The position numbers and the translations under genes are program-made. A DNA stretch of 64,000 nt from Craspedostauros australis (lineage: Eukaryota). Positions 36,129 to 47,105 of this stretch are shown one piece after another. Position 1 is the stretch's first letter; each line of letters begins with the position of its first letter. The notes beneath the pieces are model-generated. The model was not told the origin of the DNA. It did no database searches and saw only the letters and a list, made by a program, of their open reading frames with translations. The stretch spans positions 1 to 64,000 of the forward strand of contig JALAGF010001187.1 of NCBI GenBank assembly GCA_030167865.1, read 5' to 3'.

Positions 36129-37305
36129 CTAGTAGACGTCCGGTGGTCGCGGTGGGAAGCCCATGAAGTCGTTGCCTGGGTGGCTGTTCTGAGTCTGGAG
36201 GTGGTACTGGAGCTTGAGGATCATCTGCTCGAGTTTGCCGATCTGCGTCTGTGCGTCGGTTCTGAACTTTCTGGCCTCCGCGAGCTCGTTGTTGGCGTGA
36301 TTCTGCCGATCTTGCTGGATCGTGACAGCCTTTCGGAGCAGCTTGTTCTCCTTGACGACTCTGTCGAAGTCCGTCTTCATCCCGCTCATCGAGCTTTCCA
36401 GATTGGACTTGTCCGCCTTCAGCGATGCGATCTCGCTTGCCTGCGATTCCAGCAGCGGGCGAAGGTCCTCCTGAACGACAGGAGGGGCGACTGCGTACGC
36501 GTCGGTTCTGCATCTCTTGCCTGGGTTGGGCGAAGCGGCAGCTGCAACGTCGTTGATGTCAATATATAATGTATAGATGTAAGTGTGGATGTGTGTCAGG
36601 ATGAAAGGATCAGCAATGAATCGGATGGCAGAGAAGTTGTACAACGAGTCGAGACAGTGTGAAGGAGTGTGTAAAAGACGATGGGGGATGAGATGTGTGA
36701 GTGGCGGTCTGTGGCGCACATCAAGGGGACAAGGACAGAGACGTTGCTGATGCTGCGAGTGGCAAGAGGAAGGAGGGCGGGTGGACCGGAAGAGCCTGGA
36801 CCACACCGCTGCTCCGTCACTACTCGCGTGCTCCACTCCCGCTGTCACTGACACTACCACTCCATCGATCACTGCTGAAGCAAAACAAGCACAATCACAG
36901 TAACTTTGACAGTCACATTGGCAGTAACAACGACAATAACAGGAAGGCAGACAAACGAAAGGCAAGCGGATGAAGCGAAGCAAACGTACCAGGCGAAGAA
37001 AAGGCCTTTGGCGCAGCCGGAAGGACGGCAAAGGGTGATTGCGGAGTGATGTTCTCCACGTCGTCCATGGAGGAGTCGACTGTGAACCGTCTTCGCTTGA
37101 AGGACCGCTGCTGGGAACCGTCGATGTGTCCCATGGCATGGGCGCCATGGTGTGGATGCTGGTGAGCGTGCTGGTGCTCAAAGCCTGCGGCCAGAGGAGT
37201 CCGGGTTGTCGAATCCATGAAGCTGGACGAAAAGGCTGCCACAAGATGGCGCTTGGTTCCAGCCGTTCGTTGTTCGAACGTGGTTAGCGGTGATGCGACC
37301 TCCAT
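36129..37305 (-). CDS. Coiled-coil protein resembling the C-terminus of the plant 'ubiquitin system component CUE' family (242 aa, 2 exons)
   Basis: Exons 37305-36990 and 36541-36129 (GTACGT...TTGCAG). Motifs ENKLLRKAVTIQQDRQ...QIGKLEQMILKLQYHL...PPDVY; basic NLS-like FKRRRF. Confidence 0.7.
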
Positions 37306-38720
37306 GGTGGCTGTGTCTGTGTCTGTGTCTGTGGTTGTGTCTGTGTCGTCTATCTGCTGTCTACCTGGTGTATGATCTGTGCCTTTTGACGTCTATCGGT
37401 AGAGAGAGATGGAGTGTTGCTGTCCGCTATGTTCGTACTATCTGTTGTGGTGGATTGGGAGGAGTGAGTGCAAAAGGTTTTTCTCGGCTGATGTTTGTTT
37501 CTTTGTGCGATTGGATCTGTGGTGTGTCTTGTTTTGTGTGGTTGGGTTGCATCAAAGCCTCCTCTCCTGGGTTTTGCTCTGGCAGTGCCTGTGCCGTGTA
37601 TCGTGCCGTTGTGCCTGCGTTTTGGTGTCTGCCTCTTTTTGTGGGTGAGGGAAAACCGATGGAGAGACCCTGTCACGACAAAACGTGGTGGGCGTTGATT
37701 TTGTGTGGTGTCTCGTGCTGTTGCGTGCTGTTGCGCGCACAGACCCACAAAAAGGAGCAAAACTGTTGGGTTTGGAAGGAAAACGATCACGATGGAGATC
37801 AACGCAGTAGTAGTAAGACACACGCACAAACAGGGACAAGGCAAAGAGAGAGCCGAGCAAGCCAGCAAGGGAGGAACCAAACAGCCAAACGAACAAAACT
37901 GCTGGGGCGTCTCTGACAGGTTCTGCACTGCTCTTTGGTGGATCGCTCAGAAATTGCGTGCCACCCGTCGCCAAACCAACAGTACTTCCAAAGAAGTACC
38001 AATACCTCCTTTTTAAATATACAACTCTAATAGTATATGAAGCATCTATTTCAGTGACGAGTTTGGCGAACAATGCCAACAACGCTACACATGTGATCGA
38101 AGTGGTCAACACTCTCGGAAGCTGAACGGGAAAAACACAAACAACGCAAAAAGTAGGGTCAGGAACAAAGGCAGAAACGGGCGCTTCGCGGGATGTCTGG
38201 CGAATGCGCAAGATCACGAACCGGAAACGAGTGGGTGAAGCCGCGGAGCGAGTGTGTTGTTTCGTCCTTGTGCGCAATGGCGCGCGCGTATCCGTGCAAG
38301 CCATTGGTGGGTGCATGTGTTGCACAGCGTCGCGAGTGTTGTGATTGCTGCGAACGGGAGTACGGAACACGAAGCGCGAAGCACGAAGGAAGAAAAACAA
38401 GGGAGGAATGCCTTGCCATCAGCGCCAACAACTCCGATACCACTGATACTACTACATGCTGGAAGCACTCTCTCCAGATACCAATAGCAACACGCACATC
38501 ACTGACAACAACAGCGCTAACAGCAATAGCAGCAACATCAACATCAACGGTAGCGGCAGCACCAGCAGCTGCTCTACTGCATTTCTCTGTATCCGAAGTA
38601 GACGCAGAGAAAGAGTGGATCAAGATCGGGAGCAACAGCAAGAGCAACACCACGGGGCTTCCAATCGAGCGCAATCGCCTAGCATCGATTGTATATATAA
38701 TAGAATACTAATAGTATCTC

Positions 38721-38723
<3 letters not shown>

Positions 38724-38754
<31 letters not shown>
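38724..38754. repeat. (GA)n microsatellite
   Basis: About 15 perfect GA units. Confidence 0.95.
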
Positions 38755-38756
<2 letters not shown>

Positions 38757-39473
38757 CTCTACGCACGATAGAAGAGGAGGCAGCTTTCGGAGGACTCTCA
38801 GGTGCTCTGCTCGACCTACCGCCAAGTGCAACAGAGTATAGTATTGTATTATATTATACTCCTCTTCAGAGACAGAGCGATAGAGAAGAGTAGAACAGCA
38901 GTCGGGGTCTTTCCACACGGCTGTTGCAAGTTCGGGCATACAGACAGCGAGTCAGAGAGACATAGAGACAGACACAAAGATCGAGGCAACGAGAGAGACA
39001 TTAGCACCCGTGGAGACAGAGGAGGACAGCATCCCACAAGGAAAATTCACAGTCTCCATTTTCGTTTGTCCCGGCAATTGCTTTCGCTTTCGTCCAGGAA
39101 TCAGCGACTCATCTCGAGGTTGCCGCTGCTGTGGAGATTGCCATTGAGATTTCCACTTGGGATTGCCACTTGGATTGTTATCGTCGTCGTCATTAGCGTC
39201 AGCTTTTGCAAAGGCGCAGGCGCAGGCAGAAGGAAAAGTCAGAGAAGCTACAACCGAGACGAAGGCAGGAGGCACAGACGAGCGTACTTGACAAGCAGTA
39301 CTAGAGCACTCCATCGTGTGACTCTGCGGTGTATCACAATACATCGCATCGCGAGCAACCCGAACAAGCCATCTCCAACACAACGCGACACAGCGCAACG
39401 CAGCGCAGCGCAGCGCAACGATAGTATTCTACAACCCAAGGCATACACCACATCAATATTATTCAACTGAAAC

Positions 39474-41307
39474 ATGCAGGAACCAGGCAAGCATGCGCGC
39501 ACAACCTTCTCGCAGGTCAAGGCCGCGGGAGGACCAGCCCGCCCACTGGACTTTCCATCACCTGTTGTGGCCAGGGGCGTCCGGGTCAACGCGCTCGTCG
39601 TCCATCCGGCCTCTGGAACCCGCCAGGTGTGCTCCGGAGTCATCCATCGCGAAGATCTCGGAAGCGGACCATCTTACGAATCCGTGAAGGCAACGACTCA
39701 CTCGCAGGCCCAGTCCTCAGCATCCTCGGTATCAACGTCCTCAGCAGCATCGTCCGCGCAGTACACCTCAGCTCGGCGGCAGCAACAGCAGCATCTCAAG
39801 CAGTTCGTGTCCTACTGGCCGCAACGGCGGCTGCAGGATGCCATCTTCGGCTCGGTCTGGGCCTGCGTAGTTCTCAAACGGCACTTCGGGGTGGCCGCAG
39901 ACGATGCCGCACGTGCGGCCGGGGTGGAACCAGGCAGCCCCACGGCGCCCATCGTCTGGGAGATCACGGGAGACTTCGTCGCCATCAAGATGATTGAATG
40001 GTCGCGTGTGCATCACATGAGAGGCCGTCTCCTCGAAGACCCCGTCAAGGAGGTCGCCGCCATGCAGCTCCTCGGCACGGGCCATCCCCACGTGCTCGGT
40101 TCCACGGAGGTCCTGCAGGATGGGGACTTTCTCTACTCTATCATGCCCTACTGCAGCGGTGGAGATCTGTTCGGTGTTGTTGTGCAGTACGCGGAGGACA
40201 ACGGTGGGGAGATTGGCATGCCGGAGCCGGTCGCCAGGTATTGGTTTCGGCAGATTCTTCAAGTACGTCCGAACAGCCAACAATCGTGTCAATCCGTACC
40301 CATGCATATTCCCAAATGCTCTGTGCCATGCGGGGTATCCATGCATGCCTGCATGCATGTACGCCTACCTGTCTGCGTGTTCACGCGAACACTGATGTGG
40401 GCATGTCATGCCAAGAGTCATGTCATGCAATGCGTAGCATCATGGCATGTAGCGCAATGCAATGTATAATTGCTTCTTCGCGAGCTTGAATTGATTGATC
40501 GATGAATGTGACGACAATATGTCTCGCTCGCTCACTTGCTAACACATCTTCTCTGCTCTATTCTACTTTTCTCGTACTCCAATGCTCTATTATGCGATGC
40601 ATTCGACGGACCACAAATCAAAATCAAACATGACCAACATCGCACGTGATCCACACGGTACTACTATATTGCAACAATCGGCTTCGCTCGACGCGGCGCT
40701 CTTGTACTCTTTCGCAACCTTCTTCATTGCATCTCCATTCTGAAACCTGCAGGGTCTGCATCATCTGCAATCGCTGGGCATCTGTCACAGAGACCTGTCG
40801 CTGGAGAACGTGCTCGTCAACGAGGAGAATTGCTTGATTATCGACATGGGCATGTGTCTGCGAGTCCCCTACTGCAACCCAGCCAAGGGCAGCACCGTCA
40901 CAGACGTCAATCATGGCACGATACGGAGACTCATGAAACCGCAGGGTGTCTGCGGGAAGCACAATTACATGTCGCCGGAGGTGTTTGCCAACCGCGAGGC
41001 GTTCGATGGTTTCGCGATCGATCTTTGGGCCGCTGGCGTCATACTGTACATCATGCTCACGGGATTCCCGCCCTACGACCAGGCCAGCCGCACCGACCAG
41101 CGCTTCGATCTGATAGTCAACGGTCGCTTGATGGACCAGCTCAAGAACTGGGAGATAAACCTGTCGGACGACGCCGGCGATCTCATGCAGAAGATGCTGC
41201 GATTGAATCCCAGAGAACGATTGACGCTCGCGCAGGTCATGGCCCATCCCTGGATCGTCAATGGCCACGCGCAGCCGCCGCCGCCACCAGAACCAATGCC
41301 ATTTTAG
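39474..41307 (+). CDS. Ser/Thr protein kinase, CAMK-like with atypical motifs (447 aa, 2 exons)
   Basis: Exons 39474-40262 and 40753-41307. Motifs VAIK, EDPVKE, HRDLSLEN, DMG, YMSPE and DLWAAGVILY. Confidence 0.9.
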
Positions 41308-42070
41308 ATCCCTCCACCTACGAGTACTCCACTCTACTCTACTCTCTATACTCTACTCAACCATGTTGCTCTGCTCTGCTTTGTAAGGGTCTTATGACAG
41401 CGATGGCATAACGTATGGTATACTAACAAGGTTTGGCTCGGTTTAGCCCGGTTCAGCAGACAGGCGGAGCACATGCCTCATCCCTCATGTATTATCTCTC
41501 ATCCCTCATGTATTATCTCTCATCCCTCCCAAATTGGAACAGCATCAAGCGCACTCGATTGCACACGAGCATGGAGTCAATGCGGACGGTTCGTGCACTC
41601 TCGAAGTGTCAGTACGCTCCCAAGCAATCCAGAGTCATCGATTGATGTGGCCACATCACTCGTCAGGCAAAGAAGCAATGCTGTGGGGGTGATGGCCATC
41701 CACGACCACATGCACTATACACCTAAATGCAAGGGACTAGAATGGCAGAGTATCCGTGGTGTATCACCAAGAGCGTGTGTTGTTGTAACGGGTGACTTAC
41801 TCCCATGGTGGGGTGCTGCTACCAAGTCCATTCGTTTGCCCTTGTTCATTCCTTCATCGCGCGTGTCGTGATCTGCCACCAAAGCGAGGGAACCATGCAT
41901 GTCGCCATGCACTCGTATGTATTTGAATGTATTAGAATGTGTGAAATGCAGCACCGTCCTTATCATAAGAGCAGCCTTCCATGTATCATCCAAATGGCGG
42001 AGTAATCGTAAAGTACTATGTTCCGGTGAAGAGTCATATGGTTTGGTTTGGCTTGGTGCGGTGAATGTGT

Positions 42071-42964
42071 CTATGGTCTGTGGGAACGGTCCATCTGGTC
42101 GGTCTTGTGCTGAGCATCGGCGATGAGGACGTAGCACAGAGCGAAGGAGAGGCCTGGGTACAGGATGTATGTTGGGGCGCGCTCCATGACCTACTCATGG
42201 AGAGGTATGCGTGGATGTTTGTAGGCGGATTGGAAGTTGATCAATGCAGGCAACACACGCAGGAGCAGTCGGAAGAGGAGATGACACGGTGGTTTTGAGA
42301 TTGGTGGTTGGCACAGAGCAGACACTGTGCAGACACTGGTCAGACAGAGGAGAGCAGCACCATCGATGGTCGGTGCAGAGCATTCAAACACCCCGACACA
42401 CATATCCATACTCTCTGGGGAGTCCTCCGAATGTATGCAACGTACCTTCTTTGGGAAAGTCTTGAGCCACGGAACAACAACGTGCTGCTCGTGAGCAGAG
42501 ATGGTGCGTGTGATCTGTTCGCAAATGCGTGTCGGTTATGAAGTTTGAGATGAATGATACAGCAAACGAGAGCATGGCGGAGAGTGCAAAAGGTGAGAGA
42601 CCGCGGAAGCAGATCTGATGTTCGCACTGCGTGGCTTCTGTTGTCCCAAATGTCGGCACAAACGTGTTCTCGCCATCCCTTTCATCGACAGCAACAGCAC
42701 TCCAACAACGAACTGTCTCATCTCATCACGTCAGAATCATGCAATGCAACGCAACGCAACACAATGCGTCGCAGGTTCAGTGGCAGCACCAGAATAGAGA
42801 GCAGGAAAGAAGAGGAGAAGCAAGTATGCATGTATTATAGCTCGTACCTGTCCCTCGGCTGGACGCTTCTTGGTCCACCACTTCGTCATCGCGAGGTCGA
42901 CATCGGCGCGTCCGGGTCCCATAACCACCCGGGATCGGGAGAAGGCTCGCATCATTCCGCTCAT
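42071..42964 (-). CDS. QCR8: Cytochrome bc1 complex subunit 8 (QCR8/UQCRQ)-like, 101 aa, 3 exons; not represented as a gene in the ORF track
   Basis: Exons 42964-42848, 42514-42446 and 42190-42071, all phase 0 (GTACGA/CAG and GTACGT/TAG). Product MSGMMRAFSRSRVVMGPGRADVDLAMTKWWTKKRPAEGQ|ITRTISAHEQHVVVPWLKTFPKK|VMERAPTYILYPGLSFALCYVLIADAQHKTDQMDRSHRP. It shows the QCR8 pattern: W-W, I-x-x-x-I-S-x-x-E-Q, one TM helix and a charged tail ending HR-x. Confidence 0.78.
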
Positions 42965-44247
42965 GGTGCTATCGTCTTGTTTGTACGAGTGTCTTGTGCG
43001 AATACTGTTGTGCGTGCGTGCGTGTATCCGATAGGTGGCTTGTTGTTGCCGAACTGTTGTCTTGCTGCAGGCGTTGTTGTTGTTGCTGCCATGGTTCATT
43101 GCCATTGTCGCCGTTGCTACTGCGCCGGCTACGCGTAGTTGTTGCGCCACATCGCGTTCCACCACCATTTGCCGTTGTTTCCGTTCTTGGTGTGGCTCGA
43201 TCCTCGCAACAACAAAAACCGAAGAGAGAGTGACGACATACATCACTATACAAGTACCTACAACCCCGACTCATGACAGACTGTGTTCGATTGAATCCAT
43301 CCTTCGTCGCATTTCGCGTGGCCGACAGGCGACGAATGCACACACAAAAGTGTCACAGGTTCGTGATTGGCACTGGGCTTGTGTTCGCCTTTCGTCGTTC
43401 ATTTCGGTGCCGTGACAGTTCACACGATTGGCCATCACCCCCTTCTTCGAATCCCGGAATCAACGCAGCACATGAAATGTCATGCCGATCGTGACTTGGT
43501 TCAGTTGTCCGCAACGAACGATCACACGGAAGCCGCAGGCACGATTCGGTTCGTTTTGTGGCCTTCTGATTGGGTGACAGAGACACACATGGTGCACCCC
43601 AACCACGCCACATTTCTCCCAACGTGCCGTTGTGGTGAAGAACAAGCCATCACCGTCAAGCCTTCGGCCACATTTCTCCGTCCATCACGCCAAAGGGGGT
43701 GTTTGCGCCTTCCTTGCGAAGCGGGACAAGGAGAGAGCGAGGGAGAGAGCATTCCACAAGGATGTGAGATGAGCACGAGCTGATGCTGATTCTGTGGTGG
43801 GACGAGGGCAGCCGAGATACGTGGGGTAGCGAGTGGCATCACCATTTCAAACATATTGTACGAATACCAGCCACGATCCTGTGCCCACATTTCGCATACT
43901 CGTACGACCATTACATCGCCCCACGTCTCCGGTTCATCCCATTCTGCATCCGAATGCACATTCAGTTTGCAACACAAGAGCGAACGGTCCTTGATTTCTG
44001 TCCTGTTGTGCACAATACTAAACGACCTTCGATTACGAAGTTCAACAACACGCAGACAACAAAACACGTTGCGAGTGAAACACACCGAGTCCTCCTGAAG
44101 CAGATCGAAGCAGAGGAGCTTCAACAGCGTGAACGCAATCAACAGCATCAATCGCAAGAACACATAAAGTTACAGAGTGCAATACTCGCACAATCCGACG
44201 CTCCTAGCACCATACCGACACACACACACACACGCACACACGAGAAC

Positions 44248-46551
44248 ATGATGCCATCACGCCACAGACGCTCGGAGAGCTGGAATCAGATCGACCACAG
44301 CTCGGAGGACTCCCTCCACGCATGCTTGGAGTATGACGAGATCGAGGCCAACGGTCCTGCATCAAGGCCGATCGAATTCCCAACGCCCATCGTCAAGAAT
44401 TGCGAAGTCCAGGATCTGCGCGTCATGGACCATCGATCCCTACACCTTCATCATCTCAGAAACGTCATCGTGCCCACATCTGCCAACGCTGCGTCCTCAT
44501 CCACATCTTCGTCAGCATCAACATCAACACCGCTTTCACCATCATCTCCGCCATCCCGTGCCTCCAGGCATTCCGGGTTCGGTGCAGGCGGTCGCGCAGA
44601 TGACCAGTTTGCCTACATCCCAAAGAAGAAGCTGGCGAAGTCTGCTTACGGTTCCGTCCGTTTGTGCATCGTTCTTCGACGTCGTCCAGGCTCCACGAGC
44701 CGATCAAGCAGCAACCACACCAGGAGTAGGAGTGGAAGTTCTACCGACAGGAATAGCAAGAGCAGGAGCCATGTTGTCACCGATCCCAGTGCTGTCAACA
44801 ATGCTCACAACAATGCTCACAACGGCGCTGGCAGCAACAGTGGGAATCAACACCAACATCAACACCGGCATCATCGTCGACATCCCCAACATCGTCGCCA
44901 CCACAGCGGTTCCAGAGTAGGCACCAGTGGCATCGCAGAACAGCAATGCAGAGACGATCTGGAGTACAACGAGTACTCGTATGACAGCAACAACAATAAC
45001 ACTTCGGATCACTGTGGTGAAGATGATCATGGTGACGATGATGACCTCGATGAACAGGAGGGGTTGGATCGCTTCGATGACGAGCTCTCGCCAGATAGCG
45101 TGGAGTGGGAAAGCACGGACCGCATGGTCGTCATCAAGACAGCGGCATGGTCGAAGATCTGCGCCATGCGAGGCCAGCATCTCGAGGATCCCATCAAGGA
45201 GATTGCCGCACTCCAATACCTCGGCAACTATCACCGCCATGTCACTGGATGCTTCGAATGCCTGCAGGACGAGGAGTACCTCTACACCGTCATGCCCTAC
45301 TACGCGGGTCGCGACCTGTTCGGATGCTTGCAACAAAACAAGCGGCTGTCTGCTGATATCAGCGCCAGCATGGCAGATCACAAGACCGCTACCCCACCCA
45401 TGGAAGGCCAACGCAGATGCGATGACGATCACAGTGAGGATGTCAAGCGAACGGCTCCTGACACGGCGCATGATGCTCTCGGAGAGGACGGTGATTCATC
45501 TCCACGACGCAGCTTCGATGAGGGGCAGGTGCGGAAATGGTTTCGAGAGATCCTGCTAGGTCTCTTCCATCTCCAAAAGAAAGGCGTGTGCCATAGGGAT
45601 ATCTGCCTCGAGAACATCCTCCTCAATGACCACGACGAGGCGGTCATCGTCGACTTTGGTCTCTGCCTCAGGGTCCCCTACACGGACTTCGACAACAGCT
45701 GCCATGTCGCAGATTCATCGTCCGGTCCGTACAGACGGTTGGTCAAAGGGCAGGGCCAGTCCGGCACCCTGCTCTACTCGGCTCCTGAGATCATCGAAGG
45801 CCGCGACTCGTTCGACGGCTTCGCTGTCGATCTGTGGGCGGCGGGCGTTGTCCTCTTCGTCCTCCTCGTTGGCCTGGCACCCTTCAAATGGGCCCACCCG
45901 AGCGACAAGCGCTTCGTGCAGATCGCCAAGGGCGGGCTGCGTCAACTCCTGCAATCGCTGGACATAGATATCAGCGACGAGGCCTGCGATCTTCTGCAGA
46001 ACATGCTGTGGCGCAATCCGCACAAACGATTGACTTTGTCGGACGTCATGCAACATCCATGGGTCATGGGCGCGCAAACACAAAGATATGGTGGTGGAGG
46101 CAACGATGATGCTCGGGTCGATGGCATGAGATGGAAATCGACTACGTCTGTTTCCACGGCCGCAACGGCAACCTCGTCTTCAACCACATCCTTGGTATCT
46201 GCCTCGACATCCGCATCTGTACCATCGCCCACATCGGCAATGTCACCATCAGTGTTCGCGTCAAATCAACACCATCTGCCACCACGGCACCCATCCGCAG
46301 CAGAATTCCGCACACGGTCCATCCAAACAATGCATTCATTTGATGCCATCAAATCATCCTCCTCGTCATCAATATCGTCATCGTCATCGCAAAATTCAGC
46401 CACCAAATCTGCGAACAGCAGCAGCAGCAGCCACAGCCGCGGTACAACCGGGCACAACGGAGGTGTCGTTGGCAGCTGTGCCAAACAGAAGGCGATGTCG
46501 ATGAGCGGCTTCGATGCAACCTACAATCCAGCACGCATGGCTCAGATCTAG
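44248..46551 (+). CDS. Ser/Thr protein kinase, intronless paralogue of 39474-41307 with large low-complexity insertions (~767 aa)
   Basis: Motifs VVIK, EDPIKE, HRDICLEN, DFG, YSAPE and DLWAAGVVLF. Shares RPIEFPTPIV and LRVPY with the upstream kinase. Start inferred at MMPSRH. Confidence 0.88.
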   Translation: MMPSRHRRSESWNQIDHSSEDSLHACLEYDEIEANGPASRPIEFPTPIVKNCEVQDLRVMDHRSLHLHHLRNVIVPTSANAASSSTSSSASTSTPLSPSSPPSRASRHSGFGAGGRADDQFAYIPKKKLAKSAYGSVRLCIVLRRRPGSTSRSSSNHTRSRSGSSTDRNSKSRSHVVTDPSAVNNAHNNAHNGAGSNSGNQHQHQHRHHRRHPQHRRHHSGSRVGTSGIAEQQCRDDLEYNEYSYDSNNNNTSDHCGEDDHGDDDDLDEQEGLDRFDDELSPDSVEWESTDRMVVIKTAAWSKICAMRGQHLEDPIKEIAALQYLGNYHRHVTGCFECLQDEEYLYTVMPYYAGRDLFGCLQQNKRLSADISASMADHKTATPPMEGQRRCDDDHSEDVKRTAPDTAHDALGEDGDSSPRRSFDEGQVRKWFREILLGLFHLQKKGVCHRDICLENILLNDHDEAVIVDFGLCLRVPYTDFDNSCHVADSSSGPYRRLVKGQGQSGTLLYSAPEIIEGRDSFDGFAVDLWAAGVVLFVLLVGLAPFKWAHPSDKRFVQIAKGGLRQLLQSLDIDISDEACDLLQNMLWRNPHKRLTLSDVMQHPWVMGAQTQRYGGGGNDDARVDGMRWKSTTSVSTAATATSSSTTSLVSASTSASVPSPTSAMSPSVFASNQHHLPPRHPSAAEFRTRSIQTMHSFDAIKSSSSSSISSSSSQNSATKSANSSSSSHSRGTTGHNGGVVGSCAKQKAMSMSGFDATYNPARMAQI

Positions 46552-46702
46552 AGAGACAGAAAGGCAGACAGACAGACAGATAAACAGAGAGAGAGAGCCA
46601 AAGGATCAGGCGGCACAGCACATGGAATGGACGGACATGGGAACATCATTGACACCATCACCAGTTCACCAAGACCTGCCTTCACTGATTGAGTTTCAGT
46701 CA

Positions 46703-46728
46703 CTCTCTCTCTCTCTCTCTCTCTCTCT
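46703..46728. repeat. (CT)n microsatellite
   Basis: 13 CT units. Confidence 0.9.
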
Positions 46729-47105
46729 GAAGAGTGGAGAATACATGCGAGAGGTTCTGCTCGTGTCTCGTTTCGAAAGAAGAGCGCGGTTTTGACATAC
46801 CAAGCTTCAACTTCCCCACGTGTACCTACTGTACTACAGAACCTCCATACTCGTGCATGCATCTCGTCGTCCACAACAATCCACACACACAAGTAATATA
46901 CATAAGAGCATTAGAGCATATCATACATTGCATGCAATCCCCTCCACAATGTGCGAACGAGTGCGCTACACCTTATACGTAAGAATCAGATACTTTGCGG
47001 GTACGAGCAAAACTCTTCCGCAATGATTTGATAAAGCATTCCTTCAGATTAGTGTGATTCTACCGGACGTTTGCAGCAGCCGGCCGTCCGCAAGCAGCCT
47101 CAGTC

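Noticed and set aside
42560..42614. Possible mutually exclusive QCR8 exon (CAG|ICFRGLSPFAL...)
   Set aside because: There is no good donor site and no EQ motif; the 42514-42446 exon fits much better.
43783..44247. 155-aa in-frame N-terminal extension of kinase 2
   Set aside because: UTR-like composition with CA repeats; homology with the paralogue begins only after ATG 44248.
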